Assembly (NCBI GenBank): GCA_964615625.1 | Contig: CAZTQT010000001.1 | Location: 12,438-76,437 of the forward strand | DNA: 64,000 nt | Reading direction: 5' to 3' | Source: an uncultured Candidatus Saccharibacteria bacterium | GTDB taxonomy: Bacteria; Patescibacteriota; WWE3; UBA101185; UBA10185 | Shown: one piece after another, positions 1 to 9,542 of the stretch | How the letters are laid out: each line of letters starts with the position of its first letter | How positions within the stretch are numbered: the first letter of the stretch is position 1 | Notes under the pieces: generated by a model | Told to the model about the DNA's origin: nothing | What the model saw: only the letters and a program-made list of their open reading frames with translations | Databases searched by the model: none | Position numbers and translations under genes: made by a program

Positions 1-1139
1 GCTTTAAGGATTTCGTTTACATTTACATTTTTTTGCACCTTTTCTTTTACAGTACCACCAAGAGCTTGGGCTGCTAAATCTACTGTCAATTCATTTCCCG
101 TGGCTTTAGCATAAGTTATAGCTTGAAGATAAGCTCCTTCTAACTCTCTTATATTTGATTCTACTTTTTCCGCTATATAGTTTATAACCTCATTAGACAC
201 GCTATCTTTTTCCTCATCTCTTTTAGATCTTAGTATTGCTGCACGCATTTCCATATCTGGTGTTTGTATATCAGCTACAATACCACTACTAAACCTTGAT
301 GTTATTCTTTCTTCCAGACTGTTAAAATCTTTTGGAGGTCTGTCAGAAGTTATAACAATTTGTTTCCCTGCCATATATAAAGTGTTAAATGTATGGAAAA
401 ACTCTTCTTGAGTAGATTCTCTGCCTATTATAAATTGGATATCATCTATCAAAAGAACATCTGCTTTTCTGAATTTTTCTCTGAATTGATTAGCAGTGTA
501 CCTTCCTCCTCCTTTCCCACTTTGTATAGTTTCTATCAATTCATTAGTAAAAGTTTCCCCAGTTGTATATACAACTCTCATTCCAGGTTTTGTCTCTATT
601 ATCTTGTTACCAATTGCTTGAATAAGGTGGGTTTTACCTAACCCAACTTTTGAGTAAATAAATACTGGGTTATACAGTTCCCCAGGTTTCTCTGATATAG
701 CTGTAGCTATAGCATATGCTAAGTTATTATTTTTTCCCAATACATAGTGTTCAAATGTTAGTTTAGAGTTTAAATTAGATTTTGCCCTTTTTTCTTCTTG
801 TATTTCAGATATATTTCTTTGTTGTGTAAAAAGAGGCCCTAATTCGTTTGTCTCTTTTTTTGCTTGGATGGTTTTTCTGGAAACAAAGAATTTAACTTTT
901 ACCTCATCCCCATAAATATTTACTAAGGCCCTTTTTACAATATCAGAGTATTTTTTTTCTAAATTTTTTCTTATAAAATCATCTTCACATGAAACCTCCA
1001 GTGTTTTATTTTCCATAGATACACCTTTAGTTCTTGAAATCATGGACTTATAAACCATGGGGGAGAGCTCGAGCTCTATTTGGCCTAGTATCGCTTTCCA
1101 CATGTCTACTGGGTTTATATTTTTATGATCGGTTTTCAT
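1..1139 (-). CDS. dnaA: Chromosomal replication initiator DnaA (C-terminus runs off the window)
   Basis: Manually translated from ATG 1139: MKTDHKN...LTFEHYVLGKNNNLAYA...YNPVFIYSKVGLGKTHLIQAIGN...LLIDDIQF...QEEFFHTFNTL...SDRPP...NIRELEGA. Not in the ORF track because it is truncated. Confidence 0.96.
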   Translation of the reverse strand, partial: MKTDHKNINPVDMWKAILGQIELELSPMVYKSMISRTKGVSMENKTLEVSCEDDFIRKNLEKKYSDIVKRALVNIYGDEVKVKFFVSRKTIQAKKETNELGPLFTQQRNISEIQEEKRAKSNLNSKLTFEHYVLGKNNNLAYAIATAISEKPGELYNPVFIYSKVGLGKTHLIQAIGNKIIETKPGMRVVYTTGETFTNELIETIQSGKGGGRYTANQFREKFRKADVLLIDDIQFIIGRESTQEEFFHTFNTLYMAGKQIVITSDRPPKDFNSLEERITSRFSSGIVADIQTPDMEMRAAILRSKRDEEKDSVSNEVINYIAEKVESNIRELEGAYLQAITYAKATGNELTVDLAAQALGGTVKEKVQKNVNVNEILK

Positions 1140-1227
1140 ATTTTCTATATTTGTTAACAAAACGACCACTAAGTGGGCGGGAAACTATTTTTGCGTAAAT
1201 CACGTACGGGTCTTTAGAGTACACAAG

Positions 1228-1257
1228 TTATCCACAACTATCAAGCAATGTGGATTA
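1228..1257. promoter_or_regulatory. Inverted pair of DnaA boxes upstream of dnaA
   Basis: Perfect TTATCCACA at 1228-1236 and TGTGGATTA (1 mismatch, opposite strand) at 1249-1257. Confidence 0.8.
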
Positions 1258-1276
1258 TAAAAATGAGCGGTGCACT

Positions 1277-2023
1277 TTATTGCTGCTGCTTTTCTTCAAA
1301 AGCTTCTTTTACAGATGTTGCAATATATTCCTCGTGGGTTTGATCCAGGTTTCCTGGATAAGATGTAAAATCAGTTGTAAAATCTAAAACTTTTTCGCTA
1401 AAATATCTTTTTTCAATATCCCCGTCCCATATAACAGAGGTATCAATTCCAGCTTTTATAGAAGAGTTGGTTCCTGGGACTGAGCTTTCAAACACCAGTG
1501 CTTCTTTTTTTGATACGTTTAGCTTTTTTAAAATCTTGGAATATGTTTCTGGATCGGGTTTAGATTTCTTGATCTCATCTCCTGTTATTAAGGCATCAAA
1601 CAAACCATCTATTTCTAACCTCTTCATAATTTCTTCACAAATATATTTTGGAGTGTCAGTCACAAGTCCTATTTTCATGTTCTTTTCAGTCTTAAGTTCA
1701 TAATAAAAATCAATAAATCCTTCTGTTAGTTCCAAAGAAGTATCGGGATTTTTTATTATTTCCTCATATGCTTCCCACGTTTTTTTAACCAAGTCTTTTA
1801 TTTTAAAGTTTGTATTTATATCATTCCCATAAATAATGGCATCCCATATTTCTTCAAAAGAACACCCCTCAGAATAATATGATCTAGGCATTAAATATCC
1901 TATGGGGTTTGTATCCTCAACTTTTTCAAAGGCTTTAATCCTTAGCTCGTGTGTGTCTTTTGTAACAACACCATCTAATTCAAAGATAGCAGCTTTTTTA
2001 GAGGCAAATATATTTTTATACAT
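1277..2023 (-). CDS. HAD-superfamily (beta-PGM/CbbY-like) protein with altered catalytic motifs
   Basis: IFELDGV (motif I), GLVT, KPDPETY, VFESSVPG (motif IV). Confidence 0.8.
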   Translation of the reverse strand: MYKNIFASKKAAIFELDGVVTKDTHELRIKAFEKVEDTNPIGYLMPRSYYSEGCSFEEIWDAIIYGNDINTNFKIKDLVKKTWEAYEEIIKNPDTSLELTEGFIDFYYELKTEKNMKIGLVTDTPKYICEEIMKRLEIDGLFDALITGDEIKKSKPDPETYSKILKKLNVSKKEALVFESSVPGTNSSIKAGIDTSVIWDGDIEKRYFSEKVLDFTTDFTSYPGNLDQTHEEYIATSVKEAFEEKQQQ

Positions 2024-2209
2024 TTATCTTCCAATAGGGATCCTTTTTCCCCTTGCGATTAAGATCACTAAATAAATAACTGTTACAGGACCTAAAACCA
2101 CGTTAATTGGGAAGTGGTACCATACAACAGGTCTCTTAGATGAAACATACAAGGCATAGATAAATCCAGCTATTATGTATATTGTTAAAATTGTTTTCCA
2201 CATATTCAC
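2024..2209 (-). CDS. Small two-TM membrane protein
   Basis: 61 aa, two hydrophobic segments, abuts the HAD gene. Confidence 0.6.
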   Translation of the reverse strand: MNMWKTILTIYIIAGFIYALYVSSKRPVVWYHFPINVVLGPVTVIYLVILIARGKRIPIGR

Positions 2210-2249
2210 TATTAATTTTATATCTAATTTTTAAGTAAACAAACCACTC

Positions 2250-2684
2250 TTAATTATCAGATGTCTCGTTGAAGTACTCTTTAAGTATAAGAGCTGCTGC
2301 AAGGTGATCATTTAATGCTCTTTTTTTCATAGGTATATCAATATCTAAAGCCTCTTTTAAAGCAGCTTTAGATGTCCCAAACTCGTTTTGAAAAACAACT
2401 GGTCTTTTTGTTACCGTTCTTAGAGTTTTTGCAAACCTTCTTATTACCAACGATTCTTTGGTTTCTTTTCCCTCTGCTGTGAGTGGTAACCCCATGACCA
2501 CTAATCCTATTTTATTTTCTATAATAACTCTGTTTATTTCAAATAAGGCTATCTTTTGATCTTTTGCCATCACGACTTTTAGCGGAGATACTATGTTATT
2601 AACCCCCAAGGCAAGTCCTAAATGGGTTTCTCCATAATCTATACCAAGAATATTTGGAAGATTAGGGTCTTGTTTTACAGTCAT
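2250..2684 (-). CDS. ruvX: YqgF/RuvX family nuclease (pre-16S rRNA processing)
   Basis: LGIDYG..HLGLA, VVMGLP, NEFGTS, DHLAAALIL. Confidence 0.88.
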   Translation of the reverse strand: MTVKQDPNLPNILGIDYGETHLGLALGVNNIVSPLKVVMAKDQKIALFEINRVIIENKIGLVVMGLPLTAEGKETKESLVIRRFAKTLRTVTKRPVVFQNEFGTSKAALKEALDIDIPMKKRALNDHLAAALILKEYFNETSDN

Positions 2685-4195
2685 ATGGTTTCTCCTTTAT
2701 CTTCTTTTATTAGTTCCACATTTATTCTATCTGTATTTTTTGGAACTTTTGAGAAAAAAGGAACTCTTGGGGATATACTCATTTCGTAATATTCTATGTT
2801 TTTCAGAGACTCTATTATCTTTCTGGCTTCTTCCTCTGTTTTCCCACTTAAGCTTTCTCTAACATTATCCTCCTTAATATCAGGGATAATTATAGATCTT
2901 AATGTAATCTGAATATCAGCCTCCTTTGAATTCACAACACTGTTTACGGAATTGCCTAATACATTTATTTCTGTCTTTCTCTCTTTTTCAGGCATGTAGT
3001 GTCCTTCTGGTATAACACTCTTAAAATAATCACTAATGAAAGTGTTTAAATCCCCTTCTGTGTATATTAAGGCTTCAGCAGTAGCCTTTTGAGTTACGGA
3101 TATTTTATTTTTTTCGTCCCCAACCTGAGCACTAAATGTTTCAGAAGTTACTGTTACTTTTGTAGAACCTTCCACAAGCTTTTGATTTGAGGCTAGCTTA
3201 TTTTTTAAATCCTCCTCAGCCTTTTTAAGTAACGTTGTTCTAAGCTCACTAGAAACATCTGTTTTATCTGATTCTAAAACAATTTTTATTTCCTTACTGT
3301 TTCCTCCTGATAGTTTTCCTTTGGTCTTAGCTTCAGCCTCACTTTTATTTTTTCCAGATACAGAAAGGTTTTCATTATCATCTATGTTGTAATCCGGTCC
3401 TATATCTGAGGCTTCTACTTTTGCCTCAACCTCACCCCATTTTGATGTTAGTGTTTCTAGATCTTCTTCCCTTGGCGGTACAGTCACACTTTCCTTTAAC
3501 ACGTATACCAAGCTGTTAGACCCGTTTTTATAAGTAATCTTATTACCTTTATCAAGCTCCATCTCAGTATCTGTTTTATTGTATATTTTTATTTCCCCTG
3601 TAGCCTTTTCTCCTACAGTTTTTGAACCCGAAGTGTCCTTTTCTAAGCTATCTTCAACCTCTGCTGACAAAGTACTTCCGCGTAATATCATTTCTTTAAC
3701 ATTTGTTTGAGAATCGGCCTTTATTTTTACAGATATACTTTTTATGAATGGGTTAGATCCTACTGTTATTTTTACTGTAGCTTTGGGTGCTGTTGATCCG
3801 TAATAAATAAAAGAACCTACTAAAATTAAAGGTATTAACGCTAACAACCATTTTTTGTTTTCCCCTATTTTAGGCATTTTTATATGTGGGATACTAATAT
3901 TTCTCTTTTTTGGTTTTGTTGTGTATTCTTCAGTTCTTCCAAATTCCTCCGGTATGTACTCCATTTCTTTTCCTGATAATGCTTCCAATAAAACCTCTCC
4001 ATGCTCGTCGTTGGTAGAGAAGTTGATACTTTTTTCCATTTTATCGGCTTCGTGTTGAATAAGTTTTAAATTTAGAAAGTTCTCAAACAAAACAGATCCT
4101 TCTGGTATGAAAAGATCAATATTAAGATCACTAACCTCTTTAATTTTATTTATAACTTCTATTACATTATCTTCTTGGTTTAATTCCATTCTCAT
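2681..4195 (-). CDS. Membrane-anchored baseplate J/gp47-like domain protein (CPR type)
   Basis: N-terminal cytoplasmic domain, one TM (WLLALIPLILVGSFIYYG), GEKATGEIKIYN, VEASDIGPDYNI, LSGG motifs. Confidence 0.7.
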   Translation of the reverse strand: MRMELNQEDNVIEVINKIKEVSDLNIDLFIPEGSVLFENFLNLKLIQHEADKMEKSINFSTNDEHGEVLLEALSGKEMEYIPEEFGRTEEYTTKPKKRNISIPHIKMPKIGENKKWLLALIPLILVGSFIYYGSTAPKATVKITVGSNPFIKSISVKIKADSQTNVKEMILRGSTLSAEVEDSLEKDTSGSKTVGEKATGEIKIYNKTDTEMELDKGNKITYKNGSNSLVYVLKESVTVPPREEDLETLTSKWGEVEAKVEASDIGPDYNIDDNENLSVSGKNKSEAEAKTKGKLSGGNSKEIKIVLESDKTDVSSELRTTLLKKAEEDLKNKLASNQKLVEGSTKVTVTSETFSAQVGDEKNKISVTQKATAEALIYTEGDLNTFISDYFKSVIPEGHYMPEKERKTEINVLGNSVNSVVNSKEADIQITLRSIIIPDIKEDNVRESLSGKTEEEARKIIESLKNIEYYEMSISPRVPFFSKVPKNTDRINVELIKEDKGETI

Positions 4196-4196
4196 A

Positions 4197-5399
4197 TTAA
4201 ATTACCCCTATTATTTCTTTATAAATAACTGATGCAGAAGCCATATATGTCCAATCATCACCTATGTTTTGATCTGTTATGTTGGCTATCTCAGGACTGT
4301 TTAGAAAAGAAAACTTTTTAAATTCTGGGTCATTCTTAAAAGGTATTGTCTTGGACCACTGTTCTGTTTCAAGAGCTTGAAAAATATCATCTATGTCAGA
4401 ACCACATCCAGAAAAATATACAGTTGGAGCAAAAGTTTTAACCCCAGGAAAATCTTCAAAAAGAATTTTTAAACCATCTATCCATATTTCTAAAACTTCC
4501 CTCAAACATGCTTTTACAAGGTTTGTTTCACTTTCTGATAGTTTTTTAGCTTTGTACATTTTAATAACAGCCTCAGTTTCTTTATTAGATAAACCCATCT
4601 TTGATCCAATAGCCTTTAAAAAGTGCAGATACCCTATGTTTAAAGATCTTGATGATGCCATACCTCCACTAAAAACAGCTCCAACATCAGTGGAATCCTC
4701 GGATAGATTTATGAGTACAAAGTCCTCTGGTTCAGTTGATGAAGTTTTTATTAATTCAACCAAAGAATACATCTGAGATCCTATGGCTATAATATTTAGG
4801 CCAGCCTTTTTAACAACATTTTGAACGGATTTTATATGAAAATCTGGAACGAATGCGTTATACACAGCCATTTCTACAGTTTGTCCTCTTTGTCCCTCAA
4901 GAACCCCAACCTTTTGATCATCTACCTTGAAATATATATCTGATGTTGTTATTGCACTTATACCAATGTCTGGATCACCTGTATTTTCCAAAACCTTGTT
5001 TCTGGCTTGGATAACAGCCGCTTCTTCTATTCTTTGATACATGTTTTCTATTTCGGATGTTTGTATAGGCTCTGATGTTGGTCTTTTCATCCTAACTGTT
5101 GTAGTAAGGCTGGTTGTTATACCTCCATCCAGACCGACAATAACGCTTTTAGTTTTGTTTTGTGAATTTTGAGTTGCTTTTTCTACAGTATTTTTTATTG
5201 CGTCTACAACAATATCATTGTATAAAATCATCCCGTTTCTGACAGAACCTTCGGGTAACTCTTGAAAACTTGCACCAGTTATATTTATTACGTTTTCGTT
5301 ATAGAGTAGCTCTAAGCATTTAACATCTCTAGCATTTATATTAAGAACCAAAAATCTATCATTATCCTCATACACTTTTTTAAAAGATGGCAGATTCAT
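4197..5399 (-). CDS. FtsA/PilM-like actin-fold protein with degenerate nucleotide-binding motifs
   Basis: VRNGMI, VIVGL, FVLINLSEDSTDV, VYFSGCGS. Confidence 0.72.
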   Translation of the reverse strand: MNLPSFKKVYEDNDRFLVLNINARDVKCLELLYNENVINITGASFQELPEGSVRNGMILYNDIVVDAIKNTVEKATQNSQNKTKSVIVGLDGGITTSLTTTVRMKRPTSEPIQTSEIENMYQRIEEAAVIQARNKVLENTGDPDIGISAITTSDIYFKVDDQKVGVLEGQRGQTVEMAVYNAFVPDFHIKSVQNVVKKAGLNIIAIGSQMYSLVELIKTSSTEPEDFVLINLSEDSTDVGAVFSGGMASSRSLNIGYLHFLKAIGSKMGLSNKETEAVIKMYKAKKLSESETNLVKACLREVLEIWIDGLKILFEDFPGVKTFAPTVYFSGCGSDIDDIFQALETEQWSKTIPFKNDPEFKKFSFLNSPEIANITDQNIGDDWTYMASASVIYKEIIGVI

Positions 5400-5449
5400 A
5401 TTTGACTAGATTATACAAGCAAACGCGTGTTTATTTCAACGGATGGGTG

Positions 5450-7870
5450 TTAAAAAGGAAGTTTTGCAAAAGGATTTTCAGTAGTAGCATCTTTAAGATT
5501 TAAAACAGGGTCTGGGCTTAGTCTACTGTTTATAAATTCTTCCACCTCTTCTATAGGTGTGCCGTATTTTAATCTTGAAAGTTCCTTTATTTCTTCAGCA
5601 AGCTGTGAATCTCTTTTTACGGAGGTTAAATCATTCCAATCTACAAAGAGTGAGAATGGGGGAGTAGGTTGGCCTTTTACTAGTAATTTTATGTAGGCAT
5701 TCCCAACGCGTAAGTTGCTTAAATCATGTTTTGTGAACACAGGTTCAAACTGTGTTTCTAAGTATTCAGCATCATCTAAACCAACTCTGAATGCACATGT
5801 TGTACCTACATTACCAAAAACAGCAGTTTTTATGTCTTCTGGTAATTGTTCTATAAATTGATGTGCTACAGTTAGGTTTAATTTATATTTTCTTGCCTCA
5901 GATAGTATTGTTGCAAAATCTGGGGTAGCAAAGTTTTGAAATTCATCCACATGCAAAAAGAAATTTGGAAAATCCCCCTTTAGTTTTTGTCTCCTAAGAG
6001 CTGCAGTTAGTATTCTAGGTACCAAAAGAAGACCTAAGAAGTTTGAATTTTCCTCACCTATCTTTCCTTTCGCAAGATCTACTAACAATATCTTTTTATT
6101 TGCCATTATCTCGTCAAAGTCTATTGAAGATTTCTTTTGCCCTATTATATCTCTCATTGTTCTATCAACAGTTATACGATCAAATTTAGATGCAAAGTAC
6201 CCCATTGTTTCTGATTTTCTATTTTGGGATGTTCCTGCCATTTCATCCCAGTACATTTTGACCATAGGGTCTGTGATTTTATCCATAAATTTTTTGGAGT
6301 AACTCTCGTCTATAAAAAGCTTCAAAACATCTATCATTGTTGATTCTGGATCCGTCATAGCTGTAAGCATGACGCTTCTTATAGCTCTCTCAAGTACGGG
6401 ACCCATTATTCCTTGATGGTTAGGATCATAAAGCTTATATAGCAAAGCTATAAAGGAGTTAATTAACATGTGTTTTTCCTCTTCTGTCTTAGCTTCTAAC
6501 ATGTTTATACCAAGAGGTCTTTCTCTATCAGAGGCGTCAAAAAGAATAACGTCATTTTTTCTTTCTGGTGGGATTTTTTCCAACAATGCTTGAACATCTG
6601 TCCCGTGGGGGTCTATAACAGCAACACCTTCCCCTCTTTGTATATCTTGTAAGGCTAGCCACATCATAAGCTCAGATTTTCCTGTTCCTGTTTGACCTAT
6701 TATATAAACGTGTCGTTTTCTATCCTCATCTCTTATGAAAACTTTCTTTTTAATCCCTCTAAAAACACTCCAGCCTAGGAAAGCACCATCACCCTCATCA
6801 GGTAAATTAACAGGAGCAGAGGATGTTTTAGCACCTAACCATTCTATATTTGGTGTAGTTACATCTTTATTTGGAAAGTGAAATATTGTTGCCATTTCAA
6901 CAATATTCAAGACAGAGACATTTGAATATATTTGTTTTCCTACAATTGGCAATGTCAGTCTTTTTAAATTCATTCTTCTGTAAACAAAGTCCTCAACAAA
7001 TCTGATAGACGATGATGTATTTTTTCTAACAAATCTGTTGTATGTTATGTCTGTGAATTGCTCAAAAGCACTTGCTAAATTCTGTATCTGAGCCTCAGCA
7101 GCTATTTTATCTTCTGCTATGGAGACAATTCTTATTTTCGCAAAATACCCAGGATTACTTATTTTGTTCTCTATACCTTCAAGAAACTTTTCATCTACAG
7201 AAACAACCTTTTCCGGGTTAGCTTTTATAGCCTTTATTTTTGATATAAAACTTCTTCCAGCTAATCTCCAGCTGTCATCAGCTGACTGAAGTATATATTG
7301 TATTGCAAGAACCTCTCCGCTTCTCATTTTGCTCATAGCTGATGTTATTGAACCCATGGAATCACTTTTTAAATTTTCATATTCTTTGATGGGGTAGTAA
7401 GAAGGAGCTCTCAGGCGTAACTCTGTAACTCTGGTGTGCTTCCCTCTATCCCATATTTCTGGTGGGGGGACAACGTCTATATCTGCTTCAGGATAGGACC
7501 CGTTTATTTGTTTTTCTACTATGGTGGATATTTCATTTGGAGCAGCAACATAAAAAGAAATACCTGATTCTTTAGATATTATTTCAAAAGATATTCTGTA
7601 CTGTCCTGTAAAAAAAGCTCCTAAAGGACTTTTTCTTAAACTTAATAAGCTTGAAAACATGTGCTCAGCAGCTTTTACTTCTATCTCGTTTTCTTTTGGA
7701 AGTCGTACTTGGAAAAAAGTTAAGTTAAATTGGTAGTTTCTCTCATTTCTTCTCCTGATTATTGAGGACACAATCAAAATTATTAAAAAAATAACAAAAA
7801 AAACTATGAGTATAACTAGAGCACTTTCTGCAAAAGTTGTAGATTTTTCTAGAACATTACCTTGATGCAC
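5450..7870 (-). CDS. Type IV coupling protein (VirD4/TraD)/HerA-like ATPase with N-terminal TM
   Basis: Walker A GQTGTGKS, VIDPHG, Walker B HVDEFQNF, SEARKY.L.LTVAHQ, AVFGNVGT. Confidence 0.85.
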   Translation of the reverse strand: MHQGNVLEKSTTFAESALVILIVFFVIFLIILIVSSIIRRRNERNYQFNLTFFQVRLPKENEIEVKAAEHMFSSLLSLRKSPLGAFFTGQYRISFEIISKESGISFYVAAPNEISTIVEKQINGSYPEADIDVVPPPEIWDRGKHTRVTELRLRAPSYYPIKEYENLKSDSMGSITSAMSKMRSGEVLAIQYILQSADDSWRLAGRSFISKIKAIKANPEKVVSVDEKFLEGIENKISNPGYFAKIRIVSIAEDKIAAEAQIQNLASAFEQFTDITYNRFVRKNTSSSIRFVEDFVYRRMNLKRLTLPIVGKQIYSNVSVLNIVEMATIFHFPNKDVTTPNIEWLGAKTSSAPVNLPDEGDGAFLGWSVFRGIKKKVFIRDEDRKRHVYIIGQTGTGKSELMMWLALQDIQRGEGVAVIDPHGTDVQALLEKIPPERKNDVILFDASDRERPLGINMLEAKTEEEKHMLINSFIALLYKLYDPNHQGIMGPVLERAIRSVMLTAMTDPESTMIDVLKLFIDESYSKKFMDKITDPMVKMYWDEMAGTSQNRKSETMGYFASKFDRITVDRTMRDIIGQKKSSIDFDEIMANKKILLVDLAKGKIGEENSNFLGLLLVPRILTAALRRQKLKGDFPNFFLHVDEFQNFATPDFATILSEARKYKLNLTVAHQFIEQLPEDIKTAVFGNVGTTCAFRVGLDDAEYLETQFEPVFTKHDLSNLRVGNAYIKLLVKGQPTPPFSLFVDWNDLTSVKRDSQLAEEIKELSRLKYGTPIEEVEEFINSRLSPDPVLNLKDATTENPFAKLPF

Positions 7871-8267
7871 GGGCAGCTTCCTCCATTTGTCCTTCTATGA
7901 ATTCTGCTTCTGTATCATTGGCCTTTTGGTGCTCATCAGTGCTTGCCGGGTCTACAGGGGTGTCTTCAAAATATTTTATTTCCTCCTCACTTTTAGCTTC
8001 CACATCTACGTTAGCAGGTATTTCTTTTATGTTACCTATCGTATTTATGGTTTCTGTGTGTTTTTCCTTTTCTACTGTTTCTGCTGTCTCATTGCTAATT
8101 ACCTCTGTAGTGTTTATCATTTTCTCATTATTGTTGGGCCACAAGTCTGTTACTTTTTCCACATCACCGGTTTGATTAGAAGTTTCTTCTGTATTATAAG
8201 CACCAATAGGCTTTTCAGGCTGATACTCATGACCAATTAGAGAGTTTATAGAAGTATCATTATTCAT
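7857..8267 (-). CDS. Acidic low-complexity hypothetical protein
   Basis: 136-aa ORF overlapping the next gene; TG-T-TAGAAT 6 nt upstream of the ATG. Confidence 0.6.
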   Translation of the reverse strand: MNNDTSINSLIGHEYQPEKPIGAYNTEETSNQTGDVEKVTDLWPNNNEKMINTTEVISNETAETVEKEKHTETINTIGNIKEIPANVDVEAKSEEEIKYFEDTPVDPASTDEHQKANDTEAEFIEGQMEEAARASR

Positions 8268-8299
8268 AGAAATATTCTAACACTGAGGATTATTTATAA

Positions 8300-8686
8300 C
8301 TATCTCTTTTTAACACCTTTAAAGTATCTTTTGCGAGATTTTCCTATCTCTTCCTCTATGTTATCGGTTATCTCGTCAATTTTGTTTAGAAATGGTTCTT
8401 TATTTTCCTCAATTTTATTTTTCACACTGTTTATTTTTTCCTTTGTTTTTTCTACAAAAGGCTCAGCTTTTACTTTTATCTCTTCATATTTCTCTTTTGC
8501 TTTTTCTACAACCTCCTCACCTTTTTGTTCATACTCCTTAGCTACTTTTTTAATCTTCTTTCTTGTTTCTTCACCTTTGTCTGGTGCAAAGATAACCCCA
8601 AGTAATGCTCCAATAGCAGCTCCCCAAAAAAATCCTTTAGAAAAAGAACCTTTTTTTCTATCGTAATATCTATAATCTCTTTCCAT
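8300..8686 (-). CDS. YtxH-domain protein
   Basis: GFFWGAAIGALLGVIFAPDKGEETRKKI followed by coiled coil. Start 8686 follows the upstream stop and a GAGG; the ORF track starts at 8734. Confidence 0.85.
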   Translation of the reverse strand: MERDYRYYDRKKGSFSKGFFWGAAIGALLGVIFAPDKGEETRKKIKKVAKEYEQKGEEVVEKAKEKYEEIKVKAEPFVEKTKEKINSVKNKIEENKEPFLNKIDEITDNIEEEIGKSRKRYFKGVKKR

Positions 8687-8687
8687 A

Positions 8688-8978
8688 TCAATATTCCTCA
8701 TAGTCGTATTCATCCTCCTTTCTTTTTTTATCAAATATATTTACTAAAGATCTTAAGTTATCTACACCTTTTGTAATATCACCAACAAGTCCCGCCACAG
8801 AATTAATTGGCTCTGTTACAGATCTTATTAGTTTTCTTGCGGTTTTAGTTATCTCCTTAAATTCCCTTGTTATACCCTGTATCTCTTTTAAAATAAGTGC
8901 GATATAAATCAAGACTGCTATAACAGCAACATATGTAGCTATTCTGACTATGATTAGTATTATTTCTAATGTTTCCAT
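8688..8978 (-). CDS. DUF948/YtxG-like membrane protein
   Basis: N-terminal TM plus amphipathic helix, directly upstream of the YtxH gene. Confidence 0.6.
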   Translation of the reverse strand: METLEIILIIVRIATYVAVIAVLIYIALILKEIQGITREFKEITKTARKLIRSVTEPINSVAGLVGDITKGVDNLRSLVNIFDKKRKEDEYDYEEY

Positions 8979-9043
8979 TTTGGGTTTCCGTTGCCCAAAA
9001 CAGCACGACAGGGTGGTGTATAAGGGCAGATAAATTTAGTTAA

Positions 9044-9073
9044 AGTATACCCGTTGCTTACTAGAACAGTCAA
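9044..9073 (-). promoter_or_regulatory. Sigma70-type promoter for the ytxG/ytxH-like operon
   Basis: TTGACT-18 nt-TATACT on the minus strand. Confidence 0.55.
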
Positions 9074-9120
9074 TATTTTGCTATACTTTTTGTAGGTAAA
9101 TATTTAAAAAGGATTTAAAA

Positions 9121-9414
9121 ATGGAAGAAAATCAAAATAATGATTTTAGTGCTGTTCAAGGAGATGGGGGTTTTTCTGAGGAAAGTAACGAGAACTTAGA
9201 TTTAGAAGAAAACTTACAATCAGACGAAGATGTTGGTGATGATGATAGTGTTTTGGGGTCAATCCCTGGAGTAGGTGTTAGAAACATTGTGGTTCAAGAT
9301 CCTGTTAAACAACAAGAAACCGCTCCTGTAGAGAGTGTTGTTGAAACATCCACTGAAGTGATGGATTCCATGGAAGAAGATACCGAGTCTTATATGGAAG
9401 ATGAGGCTGTTTAG
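9121..9414 (+). CDS. Very acidic, probably disordered hypothetical protein
   Basis: 97 aa, D/E-rich, AAGGA upstream, followed by hairpins. Confidence 0.6.
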   Translation: MEENQNNDFSAVQGDGGFSEESNENLDLEENLQSDEDVGDDDSVLGSIPGVGVRNIVVQDPVKQQETAPVESVVETSTEVMDSMEEDTESYMEDEAV

Positions 9415-9444
9415 TTTAGGGGTTTTAGTTTTTAGTAGAAATTA

Positions 9445-9510
9445 AGAGGGCCCCGCAGAATGCGGGGCCCTCTCTTGATGTGTTTGCCTTTTAAATAAAA
9501 GGCAAACACA
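9445..9510. terminator. Two tandem perfect hairpins between convergent genes (dnaK and the acidic ORF)
   Basis: AGAGGGCCCCGCA-gaa-TGCGGGGCCCTCT (9445-9473) and TGTGTTTGCCTTTTA-aa-TAAAAGGCAAACACA (9479-9510). Confidence 0.8.
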
Positions 9511-9542
9511 CATTATGTATAACTTTTATACTCTAAAGTGAC

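Noticed and set aside
2681-4195. Baseplate-J-like gene as evidence of a prophage or contractile injection system
   Set aside because: No sheath, tube, spike, terminase or integrase nearby; the protein has a TM and sits in a housekeeping context.
9445-9510. Tandem palindromes as CRISPR, REP or MITE elements
   Set aside because: The two hairpins are unrelated in sequence and not repeated elsewhere; their position between convergent genes fits terminators.
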